This document shows, one piece after another, positions 20,385 to 28,707 of a stretch of DNA of 64,000 nucleotides. The DNA is taken from the IMG/VR virus record IMGVR_UViG_3300009182_000002, positions 1 through 64,000 of that record; one strand, given 5' to 3'. The translations under genes were made by a program, and so were the position numbers. This DNA is from a virus. The notes beneath the pieces are model-generated. The model saw nothing but the letters and a program-made list of their open reading frames with translations. It was not told the DNA's origin and made no database searches. Each line of letters opens with the position of its first letter. Within the stretch, counting starts at the first letter, position 1.

Positions 20385-21158
20385 TCACCCCTTGCCTTGT
20401 TTGCGGGTGTTGCCGCCGAGGTTGCCAGAGCGGTACTTGTACTGGCCGACACCGCTTCCACGCTTCGAGCCCAACTTCTGCTTGCCGGTGACACCCTTAC
20501 GCATGATCTGCCCTGTACGGCTGAGGCGGTAGAGGGTCTCACGGGCACCAGAAGGCAGGTGAGAGACGTCAGCGACGCCGCGCGGCTTCTGGTCAAGGTA
20601 GGTGTAGATGAAGCGGCCCTTGGACCGTGCGCGTTTGAAGTTCTGCCAAGTGCGGTTGTCCACCTCGTAGTAGTTGTAGAAGGTGCCGTCGCGGAACACT
20701 ACGGTCAGCGTTCCGCCGCCACGGTGCTTGTCGTACCCAGCGGCAACGGTTCGGGGACGGTTGACGTTCGTGGTTGACGTGGGAACCTCTGTCAACTGTG
20801 CGGGCTCGCCAGTGGACGAGTTAGGGCCGAGGCCCGGCAACGGAACGGCAGCGTTGTTGTTGAAATAGAACCCGGTGTCAGCGTCGTCGTAGAAGAAGTC
20901 TGACTCGTTCTCGTGAATCTGGATAGCCTCGTAATACTCCGAGGCGCTTGCCGCTACGGGGACCGCTTGGAAAGGGCTTGTCAACGGGTGCTCGATCATC
21001 AGGTCGGCACCCAAGTAGTCGGTTGGGTCGATTCCGTAGTTCACCTGCATCGACGCTGGGTCGTGCAGGAAGTCCTTGATGGTGTTCTGAAAAGGCTGAC
21101 TACGGTCCAGAGAGTCGAATAACTGCTTGGGGTCAGGCGGCGTCGGGGCCATCGTCAT
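20385..21158 (-). CDS. KTSC-domain protein
   Basis: AGYD..TLTVVFRDGTFYNYYEV..WQNFKRARSKGRFIYTYL is the KTSC signature. Confidence 0.85.
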   Translation of the reverse strand: MTMAPTPPDPKQLFDSLDRSQPFQNTIKDFLHDPASMQVNYGIDPTDYLGADLMIEHPLTSPFQAVPVAASASEYYEAIQIHENESDFFYDDADTGFYFNNNAAVPLPGLGPNSSTGEPAQLTEVPTSTTNVNRPRTVAAGYDKHRGGGTLTVVFRDGTFYNYYEVDNRTWQNFKRARSKGRFIYTYLDQKPRGVADVSHLPSGARETLYRLSRTGQIMRKGVTGKQKLGSKRGSGVGQYKYRSGNLGGNTRKQGKG

Positions 21159-21426
21159 CCTCCAGTTCTGAGCAGAAGTGGCTTTCTAGGTCGCTCTCCG
21201 CCACTGCATCCATGCAGAGTCGGCAGCGGTACCACTTGACCTGCTTGAAACCGTTCTGAGCCGTCCCTTCTTCAGGGATGACGTCACCGCCACCGTCAGG
21301 CTGAGATTCGTAGTCCGTGACGATGACGGTTGGCCTGAACAGGTCAGGCGGAAACGGCCCTCGCGGCTTCGTGACAGAGGCCGGTACTGAATGCCCCTGC
21401 TTGGTAGCCACCCTCACGATTCTCAC
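21133..21426 (-). CDS. hypothetical protein with C-terminal zinc finger
   Basis: CRLC..HFC. Confidence 0.65.
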   Translation of the reverse strand: MRIVRVATKQGHSVPASVTKPRGPFPPDLFRPTVIVTDYESQPDGGGDVIPEEGTAQNGFKQVKWYRCRLCMDAVAESDLESHFCSELEDDDGPDAA

Positions 21427-21665
21427 GACTTCTTGGCTCCCGAACGAGTACGACGCTTGGGAGCAGGAGCCTCCACAGCCGCCGCCTCTTCCCAGATCGG
21501 GCTAGTGCCGAGTTCCACAGGTGGGTACACCGGGCTCACCTGACTGCCGATGAAGGGGCGAAGGTGATCCGGAAGGCAGGTGGCACAGAACCCCTGACCC
21601 CCTGTGATGCCCGAAGCCGCGTAGAGCCACGCAGCAGGGGCACCACAGAGGTGGCAGAGGTTCAC
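21423..21665 (-). CDS. small zinc-finger protein
   Basis: CHLC..CATC, basic tail, 4 bp overlaps with neighbours. Confidence 0.65.
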   Translation of the reverse strand: MNLCHLCGAPAAWLYAASGITGGQGFCATCLPDHLRPFIGSQVSPVYPPVELGTSPIWEEAAAVEAPAPKRRTRSGAKKS

Positions 21666-21928
21666 GCGCCTGTGGAGCCGTCAACCGAAGGGTCGGTAGC
21701 GGCAGGGTCGGAAGCGGAAGAGCCCACGCCATACTGGGTCGTCCATGGAGTCACGTAGGCAACGACCAACGGCAACAGGATGGCGATGACACCTTCAAGT
21801 GCTGGGCCAAGGTTGAGGGTCGTGTAGTTCGCCTGAAGCCAGTTCAAACCGGCGAGCGACAGAATCGCGCCAGCGCTGAATAGCAGGTGACGAACAGGGG
21901 TGGGAAGGCGATCAAGCCAACCAGTCAT
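21662..21928 (-). CDS. putative holin
   Basis: two hydrophobic helices directly downstream of the endolysins. Confidence 0.75.
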   Translation of the reverse strand: MTGWLDRLPTPVRHLLFSAGAILSLAGLNWLQANYTTLNLGPALEGVIAILLPLVVAYVTPWTTQYGVGSSASDPAATDPSVDGSTGA

Positions 21929-21943
21929 TGTTTTGCCTTTCGA

Positions 21944-22792
21944 TTAGGGAGCGACAGTGAAGTGGTAGCGGCCACCGAGAGCGGTGAGCGAAACTTTGCC
22001 CGGCTTGCCGTCAGCATCGGCCCCGGTGTAGCCGAGGTTGCGCTGCCACGCGGCGTAGGCGGCAAGAGTGTTAGGGCCGAACTTTCCATCGACCGTGTCC
22101 TTGTAGTAGCCAAGAACTTTCAGTGCTTTCTGCACGATGCCGATTTCTGCGTTGCTCTTGCCCGGCTGCACGTTGGCGACGTGGACCGTGGTCGGCGTCG
22201 TCGGAGGAACCGGCTTGGGAGCAGGAACAGGAGCGGGCTTCGGCTTGATGATCTGCTTGATAAGCGTCGTTGTACCGTCTGACTTGATGCCAAGACGCTT
22301 AACAACGTTGTTAACGTCAGCAAGGGTGGTGTCGCGCTTAGCGCCGATTTCCCACGACTGATTCAATTCAGTGTGCATTTCGTCGCACTTACCCCATGCG
22401 TAACCATTACCGAGCACCCAATGTCCATCAGTAGTGACATAACGGCTGAGAATGCGCTTAAGAATTGTGCGCTCCTCGTCAGTCATATGACGCTGGTTAT
22501 CGGCGAGCAGCACCCTGTATGCAAGGTCTACCGCAGTCCCGGACGCATGATTGCTGTAAGCGTTCGCGTTTCGAGCCTGTCGCACTTCATGGCCGTCTAC
22601 TTCGTTAGCGTGGTTCGTCAACTTGAGACGAGCAGGCATCTCCTTGTTCCACGCCGCACAGAAGTGCAGAAAGAGTGGCAAACAAGCCTTGGCAAGGGTC
22701 ACGCGCCGGTCGGTGCCCGGGATAACTCCAGTCGCGATACGCGAGTCGCCATCATCGAGAACCGGCCAACCGTTCAAACTTACGTCTCCCAC
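21944..22792 (-). CDS. endolysin: M15-type peptidase plus peptidoglycan-binding domain
   Basis: SLNGWP, SNHASGTAVDL, DEMH; Pro-rich linker; DGKFGPNTLAAYAAWQ. Confidence 0.88.
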   Translation of the reverse strand: MGDVSLNGWPVLDDGDSRIATGVIPGTDRRVTLAKACLPLFLHFCAAWNKEMPARLKLTNHANEVDGHEVRQARNANAYSNHASGTAVDLAYRVLLADNQRHMTDEERTILKRILSRYVTTDGHWVLGNGYAWGKCDEMHTELNQSWEIGAKRDTTLADVNNVVKRLGIKSDGTTTLIKQIIKPKPAPVPAPKPVPPTTPTTVHVANVQPGKSNAEIGIVQKALKVLGYYKDTVDGKFGPNTLAAYAAWQRNLGYTGADADGKPGKVSLTALGGRYHFTVAP

Positions 22793-22855
22793 TGAGACTC
22801 CTTTCCTCTACATCAAGGGTGCTGGTGCAGAGGCTCAGCGTCAGCGTGAAGTAGG

Positions 22856-23620
22856 TCAGAGAACGGTGAAGCCGTACTTGGCACCTAGTGCAACGAGGCT
22901 TTTGCGGCCCGGAGCACCGTCTGCGGCGCTTCCGGTGTAGCCCAACTTGCGTTGCCACGCGGCGTACGCAGCCTGCGTTTTGGGGCCGAATGCACCATCA
23001 GCGGGACCGGGGTTGAGACCAGCCGCGATGAGCGCGTTCTGGACGATCTTGACCTCAGAGTTCTTTGCTCCGGGGTGGACGTCAACCAACTGAACAACCG
23101 GCTTCTTGGGCACAACCGGAGGCGGAGTCGGCTTGGGAACCGGCGCAGGCGCGGGAGTCTTCGAGTACTGCGGCCAGAGACCCCACCAGTGAACAAAACC
23201 TGCCTCACTGTCGGCGCTGTACTGAACAACCCAACTGCTGGGGTAACCGGACCAATCAAATTGATACCCGGTTGAAGTTGCTCGAAGACCCCAATCAAGG
23301 AAATACGTGCCGTGCTTCGACAGGTGGTTGTAGGTGTAGTCAAAGTTGTAGTCAGGATTGAGCATCAACGACATGTCTTTGTCGGCACCGTAAATTGACC
23401 TAATAGTTGATAGGTGACGATTGTTAATTTGCCAGACACCTGTGTCGAAATAGCGAGGACCTTCGTGAGCCCAGTCACCAAACGGAGCGCCAGACGGGTA
23501 CAAGTTGCTTGGGACGCCACCGCTTTCCCTCATGCCGAGGGACCAGAGGATGCGGAGGGCGGGCATCGGAACCTTCTTAGCAACGAGGAAATCGTGGAGC
23601 CATTGCGGTCCTGAACTCAT
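22856..23620 (-). CDS. endolysin: lysozyme/transglycosylase-like plus peptidoglycan-binding domain
   Basis: RESGG..DTGVWQIN; DGAFGPKTQAAYAAWQ. Confidence 0.8.
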   Translation of the reverse strand: MSSGPQWLHDFLVAKKVPMPALRILWSLGMRESGGVPSNLYPSGAPFGDWAHEGPRYFDTGVWQINNRHLSTIRSIYGADKDMSLMLNPDYNFDYTYNHLSKHGTYFLDWGLRATSTGYQFDWSGYPSSWVVQYSADSEAGFVHWWGLWPQYSKTPAPAPVPKPTPPPVVPKKPVVQLVDVHPGAKNSEVKIVQNALIAAGLNPGPADGAFGPKTQAAYAAWQRKLGYTGSAADGAPGRKSLVALGAKYGFTVL

Positions 23621-23955
23621 TTCAATCTCCTTGCAGATCTCTTCTCAGCAGCCTGATCTCGCATGCGCTGGAGGCTGTTGACGATGGGAGCAACCTCGCC
23701 GTCGTTGAACCCCGGTGCATCGGGGTGGTCGATGAGGTGGTTTACGCGCTGCGCCACGCGAGTGGGGCTCATGCCGTAACGGTTCAGGCCTTCCGCTTCA
23801 CGAGGACCGCTGTAACGAGATGGGTACTTCCTGCCCTGCATCTCGTAGGTCTCTCCTGACTGGTACTGCTTGTACCACCACTTGAGCAACTCAGCGTCAT
23901 CCGAATTGAACGCAGGACGTTCGTTGGCCCTGTCCTCAGGGGGATTACCGGCCAT
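23617..23955 (-). CDS. DUF3263-like protein with N-terminal MAGNPPEDR tag
   Basis: WW..GPRE..YGMSPTRVAQRVNHLIDHPDA..PIVNSLQRMR resembles DUF3263; start at a TGATG overlap. Confidence 0.7.
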   Translation of the reverse strand: MAGNPPEDRANERPAFNSDDAELLKWWYKQYQSGETYEMQGRKYPSRYSGPREAEGLNRYGMSPTRVAQRVNHLIDHPDAPGFNDGEVAPIVNSLQRMRDQAAEKRSARRLK

Positions 23956-24260
23956 CAGCAGTCCCAAGCACGCAGCGATTTGTTGATCCGCGAGTCAGGA
24001 TCGTTCGCGGTCTTGGAGGAGGTGTTGTGCTCCTTCATGCCCTCCATGCGGGCGCAGAAGGACTTGCGTCGGGCGGCGGACTTCTTGCTCTTGGACGCCT
24101 GCTCCTTCTTCACCGGGGGCTTGAGGTCGCTGCCGGGGTGCTGGCGCTCGTAAGACTCTCGGCCCTTCTCGTTCAGACCGCCCTCGGGGTCCTTGCCCTC
24201 AGAACGTGACCACGCGGCGGTGCGGTGCTTGCCACGGTCCTCGGGAGGGTTACCCGCCAC
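23955..24260 (-). CDS. DUF6321-like basic protein with N-terminal MAGNPPEDR tag
   Basis: AWSRSEGKDPEGGLNEKGR..RRKSFCARM..DPDSRINKSLRAWDC; GTG start at 24260. Confidence 0.75.
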   Translation of the reverse strand: MAGNPPEDRGKHRTAAWSRSEGKDPEGGLNEKGRESYERQHPGSDLKPPVKKEQASKSKKSAARRKSFCARMEGMKEHNTSSKTANDPDSRINKSLRAWDC

Positions 24261-24262
24261 GA

Positions 24263-24367
24263 CTACTTCTTCTTTGAAGCGCGAGCGGCCTTGCAGGTCG
24301 CACAAGTACACTTGCACCCCTTCTGCGGGGCACCCTTCTTGCACTTGCATCCACAGGAAGCACACAT
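24263..24367 (-). CDS. 34 aa Cys-rich metallothionein-like peptide
   Basis: MCASCGCKCKKGAPQKGCKCTCATCKAARASKKK, GAGGAG RBS; below the ORF-track length cutoff. Confidence 0.7.
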   Translation of the reverse strand: MCASCGCKCKKGAPQKGCKCTCATCKAARASKKK

Positions 24368-24368
24368 G

Positions 24369-24530
24369 TCATTTACTCCTCTTCTTCTTGGCGTTCATGT
24401 TGTCAACGAGGTTCGGGTAGGGACGACCGGCCTTCTTGGCGGCAGCCTTGGCCTTCGCCTTCTGCTCGGGGGTCAGGGGAGTGCTCTTCTTCTTAGGGTC
24501 GGGCGTATCCCACACCTTTTTAGCGGTCAT
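24369..24530 (-). CDS. small basic phage protein
   Basis: MTAKKVWDTPDPKKKSTPLTPEQKAKAKAAAKKAGRPYPNLVDNMNAKKKRSK; below cutoff; ATGA overlap. Confidence 0.75.
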   Translation of the reverse strand: MTAKKVWDTPDPKKKSTPLTPEQKAKAKAAAKKAGRPYPNLVDNMNAKKKRSK

Positions 24531-24727
24531 TTCTTCTTGCCCTTCGAGTGGTAGTTCTTGGTTGCCTTGACGCCCTGCTCGACGGTTTTGGACCCCGCCT
24601 TGTCAGTCAGGTTGATCACGTCCCACTTCCCGCCTTTCTTGCCTACGTGATCGACGTAGACGTCCCCATCTTTCTTGAAAACGCGGTGTTTCTCTCCGTC
24701 AACTGTGAACTGTCGCGAGCGATCCAT
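24527..24727 (-). CDS. small basic protein
   Basis: 66 aa, AAGGAG RBS, starts MDRSRQF. Confidence 0.7.
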   Translation of the reverse strand: MDRSRQFTVDGEKHRVFKKDGDVYVDHVGKKGGKWDVINLTDKAGSKTVEQGVKATKNYHSKGKKK

Positions 24728-24730
24728 AGG

Positions 24731-24889
24731 TCAGTGCTCCTTTGAGTCGCTAATTGCGTTCCGGTTCTGAGAGGAACGATCACGGTTCTTCTTGGTACGA
24801 CGGTCGTAGAAGATAGGCGCGTGCTGGTTAACCTTGGGACCAGTCCCTGTGCCCTTTACGAGATTGTCGTCAGGCTTTTTCTTGGCCAT
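24731..24889 (-). CDS. small basic protein
   Basis: MAKKKPDDNL..DRRTKKNRDRS; start at the internal ATG. Confidence 0.6.
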   Translation of the reverse strand: MAKKKPDDNLVKGTGTGPKVNQHAPIFYDRRTKKNRDRSSQNRNAISDSKEH

Positions 24890-24896
24890 GACTGAC

Positions 24897-25517
24897 TCAG
24901 GGGGTGGGGCTCGGCGGCGTTGGGGCCGAGGGCTTCTTCGCAGGAGTCTTCTTGGCAGGAGCAGCCTTGACAGGAGGCTGGAAGCGAAGGTTGACGCCAT
25001 CGGCGGTGTGCTCAAAGGACTCAACGCCAGCCTCACGCAGTCCCGGAGCAATCTTTGCCGCCGTACGCATCTGGCTCTTGTTTAGGTTTGAGTTGATCTT
25101 CGCCTGCTCGGTGGTGTGCAAATGCGCCTGATCAGCAGATGCAGTGGCGTGAAGGTGCGCCTGATCCGTCGCCGCCGTGTCGTGTGCGTGCATCTGGTCG
25201 AGGCGATCACTTGCGTGCTGGTTCATCTGGTCGGCCCGCGCGGTCTCTCGAACGTGGCCTGCCTGAGCCGCTTGCTCGCCCAACTGATGCTCCAACATCA
25301 TGTTGCCTCGGTACATCATGTTGTGCTGTCCGAGGTACTCAAGTTGCGCTCCGTACGCGCCCTTTTGGTACTCAAGGTAGCGACTCAGGGCGCGCTTGCT
25401 GGGGATGCGGCCAAAGCCGCCAGCGTTCCCGTTGTTGCCGTTGCCGCGATTACCTTCCAAACGGCCAATGAAATACGCGCCAAGAGCGTTGGCACCAGCC
25501 TGTTGTTTCTGCGTCAT
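24897..25517 (-). CDS. His-rich repeat protein
   Basis: leaderless ATG at 25517; 11 aa DQxHxH repeats; PAKK tail. Confidence 0.7.
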   Translation of the reverse strand: MTQKQQAGANALGAYFIGRLEGNRGNGNNGNAGGFGRIPSKRALSRYLEYQKGAYGAQLEYLGQHNMMYRGNMMLEHQLGEQAAQAGHVRETARADQMNQHASDRLDQMHAHDTAATDQAHLHATASADQAHLHTTEQAKINSNLNKSQMRTAAKIAPGLREAGVESFEHTADGVNLRFQPPVKAAPAKKTPAKKPSAPTPPSPTP

Positions 25518-25555
25518 ATCACAAGGGTGCAGCACTAGCCGCAGTTCGTCCGGGC

Positions 25556-25816
25556 TTACTTAGCCCGGTGCTCGTTCTCCTTGGCAACATTCTTTCCATG
25601 TTGCAAAGGCTGGAGATTTCGCATCGAGTCGTTGCTCTTGTTGTTGTCCTTGTGGTCCACATCAGTATCCCGCGACAACTTCCCGTGCTTGTCCTCGTAG
25701 TCCTTGCGCGCCTTGTTAACGGACGTGGTGGAACCATCGGCATGGCGGATCGCGTAGATAGGGCGACCACCGTTTTGCTTGCTGCCCTTGTACGGGCCGT
25801 ACACCTTGTCAGCCAT
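25556..25816 (-). CDS. HNH endonuclease-like protein
   Basis: DVDHKDNNKSNDSMRNLQPL..N. Confidence 0.75.
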   Translation of the reverse strand: MADKVYGPYKGSKQNGGRPIYAIRHADGSTTSVNKARKDYEDKHGKLSRDTDVDHKDNNKSNDSMRNLQPLQHGKNVAKENEHRAK

Positions 25817-26003
25817 CGCTGGGTACCTCCGGTAAGGCCCCTTGCTCAAGAAGAGGCTGCTCGTACGCGGTGTAGTGGTGGCGACAGAAAATAAGTTCCA
25901 AGTCGTTTGACATCCACACTCGCCGCTTTGCCGCTGCCCCGCATCGGTCGCACCTGTCGTGCGCTGTCAAGGGAGTGATCTTTCGACTCGTCGCGGTAGG
26001 CAT
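25809..26003 (-). CDS. actinobacterial small zinc-finger protein (DUF7455-like)
   Basis: LTAHDRCDRCGAAA..LIFCRHH. Confidence 0.75.
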   Translation of the reverse strand: MPTATSRKITPLTAHDRCDRCGAAAKRRVWMSNDLELIFCRHHYTAYEQPLLEQGALPEVPSDG

Positions 26004-26156
26004 AACAACATGCTGCCTTGCAGCAAGTGCAACTTCAGTGTGAAGCACTCTCGTGGGAGTGAATCTCCACCATGTCGTCGTACACCAGAACGTAAGGGTG
26101 AGGAGTGCTGTAACCATCGGACTTCAGAAGTTTCCAGAAGACGATTCTGGGACCGG

Positions 26157-26594
26157 TCACTTGACGCTCGCCCGCAACTGCCAGACCCACTTCTCGTGCT
26201 GGTCGATTCGTTCGGCGATGAAGTTGGCGATGCCCTGCTCGTCCGCTGCGTTGGCAACCTTGAACACGTTCTTGAGTCGAGTCACGAGGAACTCGTTAGC
26301 CGCTAGCAAGTCGTTGGCAAGAGACCGAGCGTCGTTAGCAACGCGGTTGGGCTCTGGCAGCGTCCTCAACTCGACCAAACGCTCAAGCCGGTACGGCGCG
26401 TAGTCACCCAACTTCCGGATGTTCTCGGCCAGCGGGTCGATGCTTTCGTAGATGTCGGTGTAGATCGTCTCGAACAGCGCGTGGTACTGCGCGAAGTCCG
26501 GACCCTCAACGTTCCAGTGGTACCCGTGAGCCCTGAGGTAGGCCGAAACGACGTCCGCGAATAGTGACTTCAACTCGCTCGTCAGGTCGCTCAC
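26157..26594 (-). CDS. dps: Dps / DNA-protecting ferritin-like protein
   Basis: HGYHWNVEGPDFAQYHALFE..DPLAENIR..HEKWVWQL. Confidence 0.92.
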   Translation of the reverse strand: MSDLTSELKSLFADVVSAYLRAHGYHWNVEGPDFAQYHALFETIYTDIYESIDPLAENIRKLGDYAPYRLERLVELRTLPEPNRVANDARSLANDLLAANEFLVTRLKNVFKVANAADEQGIANFIAERIDQHEKWVWQLRASVK

Positions 26595-27217
26595 TTCTGC
26601 GCCTTCCTAGACGCCATCTCCTCCATCGCGGAGGGAACGTCGATCTCATCAATGTTCTTGGCGTCGAACACCGCCCGCTCTCCGCGCTTGTCAGCGGCCA
26701 CAACAGCGTCATCTCGATTGCCGTAGACACTGGAGAAGTCGAGAACCGCCTGAGGCTGACCGGCGTTCTCGCCTTCCTTAGGCGTCTCGTTCCATCCCCC
26801 AGCAAATCCTCCGGGCCATGGCCGACCGGTCGTGGTACGTCCGGCACGGCGCTCGATATTGCGCCCCTCTGAACTGAGGATGTGGGCCAATGCGTGGTTG
26901 GTATTGAACTGGGCTTGGTTGTTATTCGGGTTGATTGGAATAACCGTCTCCGGAACTCGCTTCCCAGTGTGAGGGTCAGCAGCGCCTCCAACGCCGTACC
27001 AAGTCTCGTTTCCGACTTCCTCAGGATTGTTGCCCGGCTCAGGCCTCATCGTGATGCCGCCCTGACGGACACCCTCCTCAAAGGTCTTTGCGTGATTGAC
27101 GTAACTGTCCATCACCGCTGGGTCGTACGACTTCTGCAACGGAGAGTCGATGTGAGTGTGCATCAGCGCATGGAGCAGTGTGCCTGCAAGAGGATGATGG
27201 TGTGTGGTATCGGCCAT
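26591..27217 (-). CDS. hypothetical protein
   Basis: start MADTT; GGW..VLDFS..ERAVFD. Confidence 0.65.
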   Translation of the reverse strand: MADTTHHHPLAGTLLHALMHTHIDSPLQKSYDPAVMDSYVNHAKTFEEGVRQGGITMRPEPGNNPEEVGNETWYGVGGAADPHTGKRVPETVIPINPNNNQAQFNTNHALAHILSSEGRNIERRAGRTTTGRPWPGGFAGGWNETPKEGENAGQPQAVLDFSSVYGNRDDAVVAADKRGERAVFDAKNIDEIDVPSAMEEMASRKAQK

Positions 27218-27267
27218 GCGTCTATCGTCGCGTCTTGACACCCACACAGTGTGCTAAAGTGCCAGCC

Positions 27268-27519
27268 ATGGAGACCATTACCTTCGTAGCACACCCGCAC
27301 CCCAAGACCGACAAGACCGTGTGGTTCGGCGTCTGCCGCACCTGCGGAACGATGGACCCCGTCGATGGGACGCTGCTTGGCGCTGGGGACGACAGCAACA
27401 ACCCTCTGAAGAACCACTGGGCCGAGACCCACATCTGCAAGAAGACCCCGGACTACTTCGCGCTCAGCGAGTACGGCGACATCAACGAGTACTACGGGCT
27501 TGACCTAGAGTCCCTGTAG
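27268..27519 (+). CDS. isolated plus-strand hypothetical (CxxC) protein
   Basis: leaderless ATG 7 nt after TGCTAAAGT; high GC3; own terminator. Confidence 0.7.
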   Translation: METITFVAHPHPKTDKTVWFGVCRTCGTMDPVDGTLLGAGDDSNNPLKNHWAETHICKKTPDYFALSEYGDINEYYGLDLESL

Positions 27520-27530
27520 TACCTGACAAC

Positions 27531-27567
27531 GACAAAGCCCCCGGCAATGCCGGGGGCTTCGTCTTTT
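27531..27567. terminator. bidirectional terminator
   Basis: gacaaagcccccggc-aat-gccgggggcttcgtc followed by TTTT, between converging genes. Confidence 0.8.
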
Positions 27568-27577
27568 GGACCGAGTA

Positions 27578-28027
27578 TCAGACAGGGCGAACGAGGATGG
27601 TGGCCGAGAGGGCCGAGCCAGCCACGGTGCTACCGATCTGATCCACCTTGAGACCGATGGTCTGACCGGTGGTGAAGGTGCCGAGCACGTTGGCGTTGGG
27701 GAACGAGTTGGCAGCGTAGTAGTTGATACCCGAGGTCTGGTTCGACGGGGTCGAGGTGCTGGTGGCCGAGTTGGTGATCTTCAGAGTGCTCACGGTGCCA
27801 GCGGTGGCACCAGCGGTGAGGGTCAACTTGTTAGCAGTGGCGCTGATCTGCGAGGTACCTGCAACCTGCGTGTTGATGAGCAGGTCTGCACCAGTGTTGC
27901 CGGTACCGAGGGAGGCCGACACGGCCACGATCTCACCTGCGAAGGGCAGCGGAGTGCTGGTGAACGCAGACGAGGTAGTAAGAGCGCCCGAGATGGTCAC
28001 GGGGATGGCGACGACATTGCCGTACAT
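27578..28027 (-). CDS. beta-sandwich virion (decoration-like) protein
   Basis: start MYGNVV; similar to 11518-11955; own promoter at 28070-28097. Confidence 0.65.
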   Translation of the reverse strand: MYGNVVAIPVTISGALTTSSAFTSTPLPFAGEIVAVSASLGTGNTGADLLINTQVAGTSQISATANKLTLTAGATAGTVSTLKITNSATSTSTPSNQTSGINYYAANSFPNANVLGTFTTGQTIGLKVDQIGSTVAGSALSATILVRPV

Positions 28028-28095
28028 AAAACCTTCTTCCGGAAGTTTGACGGGATCTCCGTCAACCCAAGGATGGCTGTAAAGCAACCTTTTCG

Positions 28096-28287
28096 TCAGG
28101 GCGTAATGGGAGGAGAGATCTCTGTACCCAAGACGTCGGGATGAGTCTGGACGACCTTCGCCCACATGACTGCTTCGTAGGCGGTCTCGAATCCGAGGCC
28201 AACGTTGATGTCGATGTCTTGTGCAGTTATGAACTCAGGCACATCTGCGCCGGATCGAAGCACCGGTTTCACGTAATAGACGGTCAT
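28096..28287 (-). CDS. hypothetical protein
   Basis: 63 aa, GAAAGGA RBS. Confidence 0.55.
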   Translation of the reverse strand: MTVYYVKPVLRSGADVPEFITAQDIDINVGLGFETAYEAVMWAKVVQTHPDVLGTEISPPITP

Positions 28288-28306
28288 AAGAATTCCTTTC
28301 GTAAGG

Positions 28307-28378
28307 CTGACCCGGGTGGACTCGAACCACCAACCGGGCGATTAACAGTCGCCTGCGCTGCCATTGCGCCACGGGTCA
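28307..28378 (-). tRNA. tRNA-Asn(GTT)
   Basis: TGACCCG..GGCGA-CTGTTAA-TCGCC..GGTGG-TTCGAGT-CCACC-CGGGTCA-G; CCA not encoded. Confidence 0.92.
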
Positions 28379-28422
28379 TAGTGCCACGTTTCCGCTCGCG
28401 CCGTGGCTTTTGGTAAGCGGCG

Positions 28423-28504
28423 TGCCCCGAGTGGGACTTGAACCCACACTCCCTAAGGAACCGAATTTTGAGTCCGGCGCGTCTGCCAATTCCGCCAAGG
28501 GGGC
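28423..28504 (-). tRNA. tRNA-Leu(CAA), long variable arm, imperfect acceptor stem
   Basis: GCCCCCT-TGGCGGAATTGGCAGACGC..CCGGA-CTCAAAA-TTCGG..GTGGG-TTCAAGT-CCCAC-TCGGGGC-A. Confidence 0.85.
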
Positions 28505-28707
28505 TGAGACGTCGAGTGTACTAGAGAGTGTCAGTCATTGCTAGGAAGGTGTCGATGATCGAGACCTCGACCCCGTGGGCCTTGGCAAGGCTCATCGCCA
28601 GCCGCAACTGGCCCAACTCGTCCATGTTCATGGCAAGAAAGCACTCGTACTGGAGCCATCCGTAGGACTCCGAGACCTCAAGTTCCATCAGCCACCCCAC
28701 AGGACAA

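Noticed and set aside
26038-26072. GTGTGAAG.. resembling a group II intron 5' end
   Set aside because: No domain V/VI, no reverse transcriptase and no interrupted gene; only ~120 nt available
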